Shown: positions 27,435 through 37,083 of the stretch, piece after piece
How the letters are laid out: the number at the start of each line of letters is the position of its first letter
How positions within the stretch are numbered: position 1 is the first letter of the stretch
Assembly: GCA_965232515.1 (NCBI GenBank)
Contig: CBDDPY010000002.1
Coordinates: 1,632,001-1,696,000 of the forward strand
From: Alphaproteobacteria bacterium
GTDB taxonomy: Bacteria > Pseudomonadota > Alphaproteobacteria > GCA-2731375
DNA: 64,000 nt
Reading direction: 5' to 3'
Notes under the pieces: generated by a model
What the model was told of the DNA's origin: nothing
The model's input: only the letters and a program-made list of their open reading frames with translations
Database searches by the model: none
Made by a program: the position numbers and the translations under genes

Positions 27435-28020
27435 TCGCAAATCGATGACCCGCACACAGATGTTTACCAGCGTCGCCGCCATCGCGGCATTGGGAATCGC
27501 CGGCTGCGCCGGCGTGCCGCGGGTGACCAATGTCAGCTTCGACTCGTTTTATGACGGCAGCGCCGTGACGCATGCGTCGTCGGGCGGCGCCATGCCGCTT
27601 GTGGTGCACGGCAACCCGTACGGCGTCAGCGACGATCAGGCGACGGCGCAGGTGGCACAGGCCATGCGGCTGCCGTCCTGGTTCTCATCGGCGCCGATGG
27701 CGCCGGTGCCCGAGGCGAACGGTCCGAGCGGCGACTACCGGCTGGTGCTGGTGTTCAATCCGGAACGCGGCGTCGGCAGCCGTCGCATCTGTCGGGACCT
27801 GAACGACGTGCGCACGTCGGGCGCCGACAACTTCCGGGTCTATGCCGTGTTCTGTGCCGGCGACCAATATGTCAGCCAGGCTTACATGACGGTCGGCGGC
27901 CCGACACCGCAACCCGGTACGCCCGCCTTCCGCTCGGTCATGGATCCGCTGATGGATCAGCTGTTCCCCGCCGAGAACCCGGATCGCCGGTTCTTCGAGA
28001 ACGAGATCATCACGGGCTGA
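27427..28020 (+). CDS. Hypothetical lipoprotein (paralog B)
   Basis: Lipobox IAGC; shares ASSGxAMPL, MRLPxWF, YRxVxVxNP, FCAGD and LFPxxNP with paralog A. Confidence 0.75.
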   Translation: MANRKSMTRTQMFTSVAAIAALGIAGCAGVPRVTNVSFDSFYDGSAVTHASSGGAMPLVVHGNPYGVSDDQATAQVAQAMRLPSWFSSAPMAPVPEANGPSGDYRLVLVFNPERGVGSRRICRDLNDVRTSGADNFRVYAVFCAGDQYVSQAYMTVGGPTPQPGTPAFRSVMDPLMDQLFPAENPDRRFFENEIITG

Positions 28021-28035
28021 GGCGCCGACCCGCCG

Positions 28036-28734
28036 TCACGCCGTCAGCCAGTCCCGTAGGGCGGCGTTGACGGCGGCGGGCTGTTCCATCGTGGCGAGAT
28101 GGCCGCAATCCTCGATCACGACGAGGCGCGAGCCGGCGATGCCGACGTGGATTTCCTCGGCCATGGCGAGCGGCGTGCGGCTGTCCTGACGGCCGACCAG
28201 AACCAGGGTCGGACAGCGGATCTCGGCCAGCATCGGACGGCTGTCCGGTCGACCCATGATTGCCGTCTGCTGACGAAAATAAGCTTCCATGCCAACGCTT
28301 TGCGACATGGCTTTGATGTCGTTCATCAATTCCGTATCGGCCAGCCGGTCGGGATGCACGAATTCCGGCAACAGCCGGTCGGTCATGCCGCGGAAGCTGC
28401 CCTTGCGGGCGAGTTCCAGCATGTCGCGGCGCTGCGCCAGCCGTTCGGGATCGTCCCGTTGCGCCGTGGTGTCGAGCAGGGCCAGACGCTCGACGCGATC
28501 AGGCGCCTGGCGCATGATCTCGAACGCCACATAGCCGCCGAACGAGAGACCGGCGAGCGCGAAGGCCGGCGGCGCGTCGTCCAGGATCGCCGCCGCGATG
28601 TCGCCGATATCGTCATGCCCGAGGTGCTCGTCCGTCACCCTGATCTCGGCGATATCGGCGAGGTTCTGGACCTGAGCCCGCCAGAGGACCTCGGTGCAGA
28701 GCAGTCCCGGCACCAGAATTAAGGAATTCTTCAC
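28036..28734 (-). CDS. Alpha/beta hydrolase
   Basis: LVPGLLC, GLSFGG nucleophile elbow, GRQD, CGHL; GTG start. Confidence 0.9.
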   Translation of the reverse strand: MKNSLILVPGLLCTEVLWRAQVQNLADIAEIRVTDEHLGHDDIGDIAAAILDDAPPAFALAGLSFGGYVAFEIMRQAPDRVERLALLDTTAQRDDPERLAQRRDMLELARKGSFRGMTDRLLPEFVHPDRLADTELMNDIKAMSQSVGMEAYFRQQTAIMGRPDSRPMLAEIRCPTLVLVGRQDSRTPLAMAEEIHVGIAGSRLVVIEDCGHLATMEQPAAVNAALRDWLTA

Positions 28735-28890
28735 GCTTTTCCGCCCCTCTAGAATCGGCCTTCGGCGGTGCAGCATAGTTGACAATGGGCCGCCAGCACA
28801 TTATCTGCCCTGGTAGAACAGAAAGGTAACGTGATCCCGTTCGCCGGCATGGGGCCGGCATTCGTGTTTACCGCGTGAAATTCGCACTGC

Positions 28891-30336
28891 ATGTCATTTG
28901 CCGAACTAGGCTTAAGCGAGCCGATCCTCAAAGCGATTGAGGACGCCGGCTACACCCAACCAACACCGATCCAGCAACAGGCGATTCCGCAGGTTTTGCA
29001 GCGCCGCGACGTTCTCGGCTGTGCCCAGACCGGCACCGGCAAGACCGCCAGCTTCACGCTGCCGATGATCGACATCCTGGCCAAGGGCCGGGCCCGGGCG
29101 CGCATGCCGCGCTCTCTGATCCTGGAGCCGACGCGCGAGCTGGCGGCCCAGGTGGCCGAGAACTTCGAGGTCTACGGCAAGTACAACAAGCTGAGCATGG
29201 CGCTGCTGATCGGCGGCGTCTCGTTCGCCGACCAGGACCGCAAGCTCGACCGCGGCGTCGATGTGCTGATCGCGACGCCGGGCCGCCTGCTCGACCATTT
29301 CGAGCGTGGCAAGCTGTTGCTGCGCGGCGTCGAGGTCCTGGTGATCGACGAAGCCGACCGCATGCTGGACATGGGCTTCATTCCCGACGTCGAGCGCATC
29401 GTCGCGCTGACCAATCCGAACCGGCAGACGCTGTTCCTGTCGGCGACCATGCCGCCGGAGATCCGGCGCCTCGCCGATATGTTCCTGACCGAGCCGGAGG
29501 AGATTACGGTGGCGCCGCCCGCCTCGCCCGCGGCGACGGTGGAACAGTCGCTGACCATCGTGCATCCCGACGACAAGCGCGAGGCGCTGCGCAAGCTGTT
29601 GCGCAGCCAGCCGGTGAAGAACGCGCTGATCTTCTGCAACCGCAAGCGCGACGTCGATATCGTCGACAAGTCACTGCGCAAGCACGGGTTCAACGCTGCC
29701 GCCCTGCACGGCGACATGAGCCAGGGCCATCGCACCGAGACGCTGCAGCGCTTCAAGGACGGCGACCTGCCGTTGCTGGTCTGCTCCGACGTCGCCGCGC
29801 GCGGGCTCGACATCGCCGGCATGAGCCACGTGTTCCTGTTCGACCTGCCGATGCACGCCGAGGACTATGTGCACCGGATCGGCCGCACCGGCCGCGCCGG
29901 GATGAAGGGCCGCGCCTTCGCGCTGGGCACACCGGAGGACGGCAAGTTCCTGGGCGCGATCGAGAAGCTGATCGGACGCGACATTCCCCGCTTCGAGATC
30001 GAGGGCGTCGAGTCGATGGAGATCGACCCGTCGTTCAGAAAACGCGGCCGCGGGGGACGATCCGCCCGCGGCGACGGCGGGCGTCGCAGCGAACGCGGGC
30101 GCCGCGGAGAGCGGCCGGCGAAAGCCAACGGCGGTGCCGAACGGCCGCGCGCGCCGATCCGTCCGGACCAGCCCGAAGAGATAACGGCCCAGCCACCGGC
30201 GCGCCGCCAGCCGCCCGCGGACAAGCCCGCCCGCGCCAAGCGGCGCAAGGACGGCGACCGCCGCGACGATAAACCGGTTGTCGGCCTGGGCGATCACGTG
30301 CCAGCCTTCCTCTTGCGACCGGTCCGCCGGCCGTAG
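28891..30336 (+). CDS. DEAD-box RNA helicase (RhlE-like)
   Basis: Q motif, AQTGTGKT, PTRELA, DEAD, SAT, ARGLD, HRIGRTGRAG; basic C-terminal tail. Confidence 0.96.
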   Translation: MSFAELGLSEPILKAIEDAGYTQPTPIQQQAIPQVLQRRDVLGCAQTGTGKTASFTLPMIDILAKGRARARMPRSLILEPTRELAAQVAENFEVYGKYNKLSMALLIGGVSFADQDRKLDRGVDVLIATPGRLLDHFERGKLLLRGVEVLVIDEADRMLDMGFIPDVERIVALTNPNRQTLFLSATMPPEIRRLADMFLTEPEEITVAPPASPAATVEQSLTIVHPDDKREALRKLLRSQPVKNALIFCNRKRDVDIVDKSLRKHGFNAAALHGDMSQGHRTETLQRFKDGDLPLLVCSDVAARGLDIAGMSHVFLFDLPMHAEDYVHRIGRTGRAGMKGRAFALGTPEDGKFLGAIEKLIGRDIPRFEIEGVESMEIDPSFRKRGRGGRSARGDGGRRSERGRRGERPAKANGGAERPRAPIRPDQPEEITAQPPARRQPPADKPARAKRRKDGDRRDDKPVVGLGDHVPAFLLRPVRRP

Positions 30337-30394
30337 ATGGTTTTCGGGATCGGTCCCGCCGGTCCCGCTCCAAAATTCACGAGGGGTAGGCGCG

Positions 30395-30637
30395 ATGCAA
30401 ACGATCTTCGCCATGGTGAAGTGCGAGCTGGGCAAGACCTACGATGTCGCCAGCGACGCGGTCGAGAATGTCGAGCACGTCTCCGAGGTTTATTCGATCT
30501 CAGGCCAGTACGACCTGATGATGAAGTGCTACCTCGACGACGACATGGACATCGGCCGCTTCATCAACGAGAAGATCCAGCTGATTCCCGGGGTGAAGGA
30601 CACCTTCACCATCATCACCTTCAAGTCGTTCGCCTGA
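30395..30637 (+). CDS. Stand-alone Lrp/AsnC ligand-binding (RAM) domain protein
   Basis: VSEVYSISGQYDLM...IQLIPGVKDTFT; no HTH; 80 aa. Confidence 0.85.
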   Translation: MQTIFAMVKCELGKTYDVASDAVENVEHVSEVYSISGQYDLMMKCYLDDDMDIGRFINEKIQLIPGVKDTFTIITFKSFA

Positions 30638-30654
30638 GCAGTGGGGGCCGCAAG

Positions 30655-31968
30655 ATGACGTCAGCGCCCACGCGCAACGCCGACCTCGACGTCGCCATCG
30701 CCGACGCCGAGGCGGCCTATGTCGCCGCCAATCCCAAGAGCGAGGCCCAGTACGAGGCCGCCTGCGCCGCCATGCCCGGCGGCAATACGCGGACCGTGCT
30801 GTTTTATCCGCCGTTTCCGCTGACGCTCTCGAAGGGCGAGGGCGCCCGAGTGCGCGACGCCGACGGTCACGACTATGTGGACTTTCTGGGCGAGTACACG
30901 GCCGGGCTCTACGGCCACTCCAACCCGGTGATCATGGCGGCGCTGCGCACGGCGCTCGAATCCGGCATCGTGCTGGGCGGCCATACCATGGCCGAAGCCC
31001 GGCTCGCGTCGGCCGTCTGCGACCGCTTCCCATCGATCGAACGGCTGCGCTTCACCAACTCCGGCACCGAAGCGAACCTGATGGCGGTGTCGACGGCGCG
31101 GGCCGTGACCGGCCGTTCGAAGGTGATGGTGATGAACGGCGGCTATCACGGCGGCGTCTTGTATTTCGCCGCGCCCGATATGCCGATCAACGCCCCCTTC
31201 CCCTATCTCAAAGGCCGCTACAACGATGTCGACGGCTGCCGCGATCTGATCCGGGCCAATGCCGACGATATCGCCTGCGTGATCCTGGAGCCGATGCTGG
31301 GCAGCGCCGGCTGCGTGCCGGCAAGCCGCGATTTCCTCGCCATGCTGCGCGAGGAAACCGAGAAGGCCGGCGCGTTGCTGATCTACGACGAGGTGATGAC
31401 CTCGCGGCTCGATCCCGGCGGCTTGCAGGGCCGGCACAACGTGCTGCCGGACCTGACCACGCTCGGCAAATATGTCGGCGGCGGGCTCAGCTTCGGCGCT
31501 TTCGGCGGCCGGGCCGACACTATCGACCGCTACGATCCGCGGCGGCCGGACGCCATTCCGCACGCCGGCACCTTCAACAACAACGTCCTGACCATGAGCG
31601 CCGGCCATGCCGGCCTGACCGAAGCCTATCCCGTCGACGCCGTGGCGCCGTTCAACGCCCAGGGCGACCGCCTGCGCGACCGGCTGAACGCCTTGTGCCG
31701 CGATCGCGGCCTGCCGGTGCAGTTCACAGGCATGGGCTCAATGCTGGCGGTGCATTTCCACGACGGCGACATCAACGACTTCGACGACGTGCTGGCCGGC
31801 CGCAACGAACTGCGGCCGCTGCTGCATCTCGACCTGCTGAGCCACGGCGTCTATGCGGCGCGGCGCGGCATGTTCGTGCTGTCGCTGCCCATGGGCGAAG
31901 CGGAATTCGACGCGCTGGTCAATGCGGTGGACGAGTTCCTGGCGACCCGTGGCAGCCTGATCGGCTAA
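30655..31968 (+). CDS. Class III aminotransferase (GSA aminomutase-like; resembles beta-amino acid transaminases)
   Basis: MPGGNTRTVLFYPPFP, FTNSGTEAN, GGYHGG, DEVMTSR, LGKYVGGG, HAGTFNNN. Confidence 0.88.
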   Translation: MTSAPTRNADLDVAIADAEAAYVAANPKSEAQYEAACAAMPGGNTRTVLFYPPFPLTLSKGEGARVRDADGHDYVDFLGEYTAGLYGHSNPVIMAALRTALESGIVLGGHTMAEARLASAVCDRFPSIERLRFTNSGTEANLMAVSTARAVTGRSKVMVMNGGYHGGVLYFAAPDMPINAPFPYLKGRYNDVDGCRDLIRANADDIACVILEPMLGSAGCVPASRDFLAMLREETEKAGALLIYDEVMTSRLDPGGLQGRHNVLPDLTTLGKYVGGGLSFGAFGGRADTIDRYDPRRPDAIPHAGTFNNNVLTMSAGHAGLTEAYPVDAVAPFNAQGDRLRDRLNALCRDRGLPVQFTGMGSMLAVHFHDGDINDFDDVLAGRNELRPLLHLDLLSHGVYAARRGMFVLSLPMGEAEFDALVNAVDEFLATRGSLIG

Positions 31969-32609
31969 CCCAGAACGATATCGAACTGACCGCCGAGCGC
32001 CTTCGCCTCGAGGTCCGGTCGCGGCCGCAGGTCGACGGTGAGCAGGCGCTGGCGCTCCAGTCCGCCGATGCGGCGATAGAGGAAGTCGCGGTCGTTGCGG
32101 GGCTCGCCGGCGATGTACATCTGCGTCACCAGACGGTCAAAGCCATTGCCCAAAACAGCGAAGTGGATGTGCGGCGTGCGGCTGCCATAGGGCACCGGCT
32201 TGATCGTGCGGAAGCGATAGCCGCCGTCGGCCGCGGTGATCGTCTCGCCATAGCCCTGGAAGTCCTCGTCCCGGCCGCCGCGGCGGGCGTCTGACGTGTG
32301 GATGTAGCGGCCGTTGGCGTCGCACTGCCAGATCTCGACCCGTGCGCCGGCAATCGGGTTTCCGGCGGTATCGACCACGCGACCGAAGACATGGGTGATC
32401 TCGCCGACGGCCTGCGCCGCACGGCCCTGCACGCGGACCAGATCGTTGTCAGTGTCGAGCGACAGGACGTTGGGGTAGAACGGCCCCGCCGACTGGCGCG
32501 GCGTCGTCGGCAGCGCGGCCGCGAGGGGCGTTTTGGTGGCCGCGAGGGTCGCAAACGAACCAATCGTGCCGGCGATGAGGTAGCGGCGGCTTGCGTTAAT
32601 TCGGACCAT
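31965..32609 (-). CDS. Intradiol ring-cleavage dioxygenase (protocatechuate 3,4-dioxygenase-like) with probable Tat signal
   Basis: SRRYL signal, GPFYP, VEIWQCDANGRY, FRTIKPVPY, RTPHIH. Confidence 0.88.
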   Translation of the reverse strand: MVRINASRRYLIAGTIGSFATLAATKTPLAAALPTTPRQSAGPFYPNVLSLDTDNDLVRVQGRAAQAVGEITHVFGRVVDTAGNPIAGARVEIWQCDANGRYIHTSDARRGGRDEDFQGYGETITAADGGYRFRTIKPVPYGSRTPHIHFAVLGNGFDRLVTQMYIAGEPRNDRDFLYRRIGGLERQRLLTVDLRPRPDLEAKALGGQFDIVLG

Positions 32610-32728
32610 GATTGGCATGTGGCCGGAAGGGACCGCGGTTTCAAGTCCGGGCGAACGCGGTCGCGAGGACTTGAACGGCACGTCGAACATCGACAACATC
32701 CGACCGTGCGTGGCGTGACAGGTGAGCG

Positions 32729-33871
32729 ATGGCGCAAGATCAATCCGACAACCGACAGGCCTTCCGGTTCTTCGACAACCGGGAAAAGTATCTGCTGTTC
32801 GTCACTACCTGCAGCGAGAAATGGGCGGTCTCGGAACGGGTCGGCCGCGAACTGCTGCAACTGACGCCGAAACCGCCGGCGCTGAGACTGTTCGACGCCG
32901 GCATGGGCGACGCCACGGTGCTGACCCGGGTGATGCGCGACATGCACTGCCGCTTTCCGACGGTGCCGTTCTTCGTGGTCTGCAAGGAAATCAGCATGGA
33001 GGACGTGCGGCTGAGCCTGGAGAAGATGGCCGACCGCTTCTTCGAGCATCCACAGACCGTGCTGGTCGTGACCAACATGTACTATTCGGAAGCGCCCTGG
33101 CTGCGACCGAACAAACGGGAGGCGGCGGATGCGCTGGAATGGTGGCCGATCCCGCTGCAGGGCAGCACGGCGCACGAATTCGACGCCCAGATCAAGGCGC
33201 TGCAGCCCTATCTCAGCGCCGGCTGGCAGACCCGGACCAGCGAGAAGACCGGCAATCCGCTCTATCAGAAGCCGGCCGTGATGGTGCTCTACCGCTCGGA
33301 CCAGCGCTTCGTCCTGGACCGCATCATGCCCGAGCCCGGCGGCATCGAGGCGAATTATGACCTCGTCATCGCCTCGCAGCCCTATCGCGCCCGGCTGCCG
33401 GCGGAGCTCAAGGTGCGCAATGTGCTGGCGCCGTTGTCGCGCGCCCTGGGCCCCGGTGGCCGCATGGTCGTCGTGCAGAGCACCGGTCGAGACCCCGGCA
33501 TGGAGATCATCAACCGCATCTGGCCGGACGAGCGGCCGTTCCGCACGCCGGCGCGGTCGCTGATCACGGCGCTCCGCGACAAGCTGAAAGACGAGATCCC
33601 CGACCTCAATTTCGGCGGCGATCACGACGAGCACGCGCTGTTCAAATATCATCTGCATGCGCTGCCAAACGAGATCGGCAGCAGCATCGGCACCTCGACG
33701 CTGCTGGCGGCCTGGAACGCGGCGATCTACGTGGCCCAGATCGACGACGGCCAGCTCGCCGAGGCGCTGGCCGACGGCCGCTATCTCGACGTGACGCAAG
33801 AGGTATTGCTAGAGCATGACGGTCTATGGTTCCTCGACGAGTCCTTCGTCGTCTCGCGGCCGGCTGCCTGA
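32729..33871 (+). CDS. Conserved hypothetical protein with SAM-methyltransferase-like motif
   Basis: 380-aa ORF with host-like codon usage; LRLFDAGMGDA resembles methyltransferase motif I. Confidence 0.65.
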   Translation: MAQDQSDNRQAFRFFDNREKYLLFVTTCSEKWAVSERVGRELLQLTPKPPALRLFDAGMGDATVLTRVMRDMHCRFPTVPFFVVCKEISMEDVRLSLEKMADRFFEHPQTVLVVTNMYYSEAPWLRPNKREAADALEWWPIPLQGSTAHEFDAQIKALQPYLSAGWQTRTSEKTGNPLYQKPAVMVLYRSDQRFVLDRIMPEPGGIEANYDLVIASQPYRARLPAELKVRNVLAPLSRALGPGGRMVVVQSTGRDPGMEIINRIWPDERPFRTPARSLITALRDKLKDEIPDLNFGGDHDEHALFKYHLHALPNEIGSSIGTSTLLAAWNAAIYVAQIDDGQLAEALADGRYLDVTQEVLLEHDGLWFLDESFVVSRPAA

Positions 33872-33874
33872 GCC

Positions 33875-34249
33875 ATGACCGGTCTAGGCAACCGTATCGT
33901 GCCCAGCCTGCTGGTGCGCGACATGACCGAAACCCGCCGCTTCTATGTCGACGGCCTCGGCTTCCGCGTCACCGGCAGCTATCCCGACGAAGAAACGCCG
34001 GCCTGGCTCGAGCTGACCCGCGACGGCGTCTCACTGCAGTTCTACGCCGAGCCGCCCGTCGGCACGCCCGACCGGCCGACATTCAGCGGCACGCTCTACC
34101 TCTATCCCGACGACGTGGCCGCGCTCGCCGACGAATTGCGCGACCGTGTGCCGTTCTCCTGGGGCCCTGAGGTCATGGACTACGGCATGCGCGAATTCGC
34201 CGTCCAGGACCCCAACGGCTACTACATCGCCTTTACAGAGCCGGCGTGA
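33875..34249 (+). CDS. VOC/bleomycin resistance family protein
   Basis: FYVDGLGF, YGMREFAVQDPNGY. Confidence 0.9.
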   Translation: MTGLGNRIVPSLLVRDMTETRRFYVDGLGFRVTGSYPDEETPAWLELTRDGVSLQFYAEPPVGTPDRPTFSGTLYLYPDDVAALADELRDRVPFSWGPEVMDYGMREFAVQDPNGYYIAFTEPA

Positions 34250-34278
34250 CGGTCGCTCTCGACCATAACATCGCGTAG

Positions 34279-34403
34279 CCCTCACCCTCCCACGCGACTG
34301 CTGTCGCGTGGGTCCCTCCCTCTCCCGCAAGCGGGAGAGGGGTTGTTAGGCCGAAGCGGTGGCGGCCCCCTCTCCCGCTTGCGGGAGAGGGATGGGGTGA
34401 GGG
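34279..34403. repeat. Alphaproteobacterial palindromic intergenic repeat (CCCTCTCCCGCAAGCGGGAGAGGG type)
   Basis: Two inverted copies of the CCCTCTCCCGC-aa/tt-GCGGGAGAGGG hairpin bounded by CCCTCACCC ... GGGTGAGGG. Confidence 0.85.
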
Positions 34404-34479
34404 CAAGTGGTGGTGATCGAACCGGCCTACCCATCCGATGAGTATTGACTGCATCGCGCTTGTCCGGCTTGCGTAGTTA

Positions 34480-34509
34480 TTTTAGGTTTAAAACTTCGCA
34501 GTCTGAAAT
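34480..34509. promoter_or_regulatory. Candidate MarR operator of the aromatic CoA operon
   Basis: Perfect TTTTA-N4-TAAAA at 34480-34493, AT-rich in a GC-rich background, followed by a weaker TTC..CTGAAA site; just upstream of the operon. Confidence 0.55.
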
Positions 34510-34530
34510 ATTCGGAATGCCGGGAAACCC

Positions 34531-35340
34531 ATGTCCGACCGAGCCCAATCCGTTGACGACACCGCCCTGCACCTTGCCGGACAGCACGCGCTGGTGACTG
34601 GCGGCGGGCGGGGGATTGGGGCGGCGATCGCGGTCGAGCTGGCGCGACTGGGTGCGGATCTGACGCTGACCGGACGCTCGGAAGCGCACCTCGACATCAC
34701 GGCGACCGAAATCAACGACCGCTACCAGGTCCGGGTCGCGATCTGTCCGATGGATATCTCGGTCGAGACAGCGGTGCGGGACACCGTAGCGTTCGCGGCC
34801 GAGAAGCTGGGGCCACCGACGATCCTGATCAACAATGCCGGCGTCGCGCCGGCCGGCCCGTTCGAGGACCTGGACCTGGAGATCTGGCGGCACGCCTTCA
34901 GCGTCAATGTCGAGGGCGTGTTCCTGTGTACGCACGCCGTCCTGAACGGCATGCGCGAGGCCGGCTGGGGCCGAATCGTCAACATCGCCTCGACCGCCGG
35001 CCTGACGGCCTATCCCCATGTCGCGGCCTATGTCGCCTCGAAGCACGCGGTGGTCGGGATGACCCGGGCGCTGGCGCTGGAGCTGGCCCGCACCGGCGTT
35101 ACCGTGAACGCGGTCTGCCCGGGCTACACCGAGACCGACATGGCGCAGGGCGCGATCGATAACCTCGTCGCCGCCGGCCGCTCGGAGGACGAGGCCCGCA
35201 AACTGTTGGCGAAGAAGAACCCGCAAGGCCGTCTGGTGCAGCCGGACGAGGTCGCGCAGGCCGTCGGCTGGCTCTGCCTGCCGAGCTCCGCGGCCGTCAC
35301 CGGCCAGGCCATCGCCGTCGCCGGCGGCGAAGTGATGTAG
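34531..35340 (+). CDS. SDR, 3-hydroxyacyl-CoA dehydrogenase-like (aminobenzoyl-CoA cluster type)
   Basis: TGGGRGIG, NNAG, YVASKH, VCPGYTETD, NPQGRLVQPDEVA, AVAGGEVM. Confidence 0.9.
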   Translation: MSDRAQSVDDTALHLAGQHALVTGGGRGIGAAIAVELARLGADLTLTGRSEAHLDITATEINDRYQVRVAICPMDISVETAVRDTVAFAAEKLGPPTILINNAGVAPAGPFEDLDLEIWRHAFSVNVEGVFLCTHAVLNGMREAGWGRIVNIASTAGLTAYPHVAAYVASKHAVVGMTRALALELARTGVTVNAVCPGYTETDMAQGAIDNLVAAGRSEDEARKLLAKKNPQGRLVQPDEVAQAVGWLCLPSSAAVTGQAIAVAGGEVM

Positions 35341-35353
35341 GCCCAGGCCCGCC

Positions 35354-35869
35354 ATGGACGATCCGACGCCATTGCAAACGAACGGCGCGCCGGACAAGGA
35401 AGCCGGCGTCCAGCACGAAGACAAGCTGGAGCTGCGCGTCTGGCTGCGCCTGTTGACCTGCGCCACCATGATCGAGCGCGAGGTGCGCGGCCGCCTGCGC
35501 CGCGATTTCGAGATCACGCTGCCGCGCTTCGACGTGCTGGCCCAGCTCGACCGCGCCACGGATGGCCTGACCATGGGCGAGCTGTCGGGCCGGCTGATGG
35601 TCTCGAACGGCAACATCACCGGGCTGATCGACCGGCTGGTGGCGGAAGGCCTGGTGACGCGGGCCGCCAAGCCCGGCGACCGGCGCAGCGTGCACGTGCG
35701 CCTGACCGACAAGGGCAAGCAGGCCTTCGACGCCATGACCCCGGCGCACGAGGCCTGGATCGACGAGATGCTGGCTGGCCTGTCGCGCCGCGAGATGGCC
35801 GAGCTCTACGACCTGCTGGCGCGGTTGAAATCCTCGGCGTCTCCCGCCGAGATGGAAACGGGTGACTGA
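35354..35869 (+). CDS. MarR family transcriptional regulator
   Basis: [42 protein letters not shown]. Confidence 0.94.
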   Translation: MDDPTPLQTNGAPDKEAGVQHEDKLELRVWLRLLTCATMIEREVRGRLRRDFEITLPRFDVLAQLDRATDGLTMGELSGRLMVSNGNITGLIDRLVAEGLVTRAAKPGDRRSVHVRLTDKGKQAFDAMTPAHEAWIDEMLAGLSRREMAELYDLLARLKSSASPAEMETGD

Positions 35870-37083
35870 TGGCGGATAAATCGTTTCTCGACTGGCCGTT
35901 CTTCGAAGACGGCCACCGGGCCTTGCATGTGGAGCTGGAGACCTGGGCGCGCGACAACCTGGCGCCGCTGGAGCACGGCGAGGACGCCGATGCGATCTGC
36001 CGCGAGATGGTGCGGCGGTTGGGCGACGGCGGCTGGCTTTCCTACGTGATCCCGCAGGCCTATGGCGGCATTTACGAACGGCTCGACGTGCGCTCGATCT
36101 GCCTCGCCCGCGAGGTGCTGGCGCGCACGGCGGGCGGCCTCGCCGACTTCGCCTTCGTCATGCAGGGGCTTGGCACCGGCGCGATCTCGCTGTTCGGCAG
36201 CGAGGAGATCAAACGCCGCTACCTGCCACCGGTCTGTGCCGGCGACCGCATCGCCGCCTTCGCCTTATCGGAGCCGCAGGCCGGTTCGGATGTCGCCAAC
36301 GTGTTGACCACGGCGCGCGAGGATGGCGACGACTTCGTGCTGGACGGTCAGAAGACCTGGATCTCGAACGGCGGCATCGCGCACCAATACGTGGTCTTCG
36401 CGCGCACCAGCGACGACGGTGCCAAGGGCTTGAGCGCCTTCGTCGTCGAGGCCGACACGCCGGGCCTGGAGATCACCGAGCGCATTGAGATCATTGCGCC
36501 GCATCCGATGGCGACGCTGACCTTCAAGGACTGCCGCGTGCCGAAGACGCATCTGTTGGGCGAGGTCGGCCAGGGCTTCAGGATCGCCATGACCAGCCTC
36601 GATATCTTCCGCACATCGGTGGGCGCGGCCGGCCTCGGCTTTTCAAGGCGAGCGCTCGACGAAGCGATCGGGCGCTGTCAGGAGCGCGAGGCCTTCGGCC
36701 AGAAGATCGCCGAGTTCCAGCTGGTGCAAGAAAAGCTCGCCGACATGGCGACCGATATCGACGCCAGCGCGCTGCTGATCTACCGCTCGGCCTGGACCAA
36801 AGATAGCGGCGCCGCGCGCGTCACCCGCGAGGCCTCGATGGCGAAGATGTATGCGACCGAGGCCGCGCAGCGCGTGGTCGACGCCGCCGTGCAGCTGTTC
36901 GGCGGCACGGGCGTGGTCGCGGGCGCGACGGTGGAACGCCTCTATCGCGAGGTCCGGGCCCTGCGGATCTACGAGGGCACGACGGAGATCAACAAGCTGG
37001 TGATCGCGCGCCAGACGCTGGCCGCGCAGGCCGAAGCCGCGGCCATGGAAAAGGCGCTCGACCGTGCCGGAGGCGCCCGATGA
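35869..37083 (+). CDS. Acyl-CoA dehydrogenase
   Basis: [43 protein letters not shown]. Confidence 0.94.
   Translation: MADKSFLDWPFFEDGHRALHVELETWARDNLAPLEHGEDADAICREMVRRLGDGGWLSYVIPQAYGGIYERLDVRSICLAREVLARTAGGLADFAFVMQGLGTGAISLFGSEEIKRRYLPPVCAGDRIAAFALSEPQAGSDVANVLTTAREDGDDFVLDGQKTWISNGGIAHQYVVFARTSDDGAKGLSAFVVEADTPGLEITERIEIIAPHPMATLTFKDCRVPKTHLLGEVGQGFRIAMTSLDIFRTSVGAAGLGFSRRALDEAIGRCQEREAFGQKIAEFQLVQEKLADMATDIDASALLIYRSAWTKDSGAARVTREASMAKMYATEAAQRVVDAAVQLFGGTGVVAGATVERLYREVRALRIYEGTTEINKLVIARQTLAAQAEAAAMEKALDRAGGAR

Noticed and set aside
30655-31968. hemL
   Set aside because: Lacks HemL's PGGVNSPVR motif, and Alphaproteobacteria generally make ALA via ALA synthase.
32126-33799. 557-aa minus-strand ORF and other long antisense or alternate-frame ORFs (e.g. 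7911-9611, 36969-38588, 38482-40230, 42013-43584)
   Set aside because: They overlap well-supported genes and are Arg/Gly/Ala-rich with no recognisable domains.
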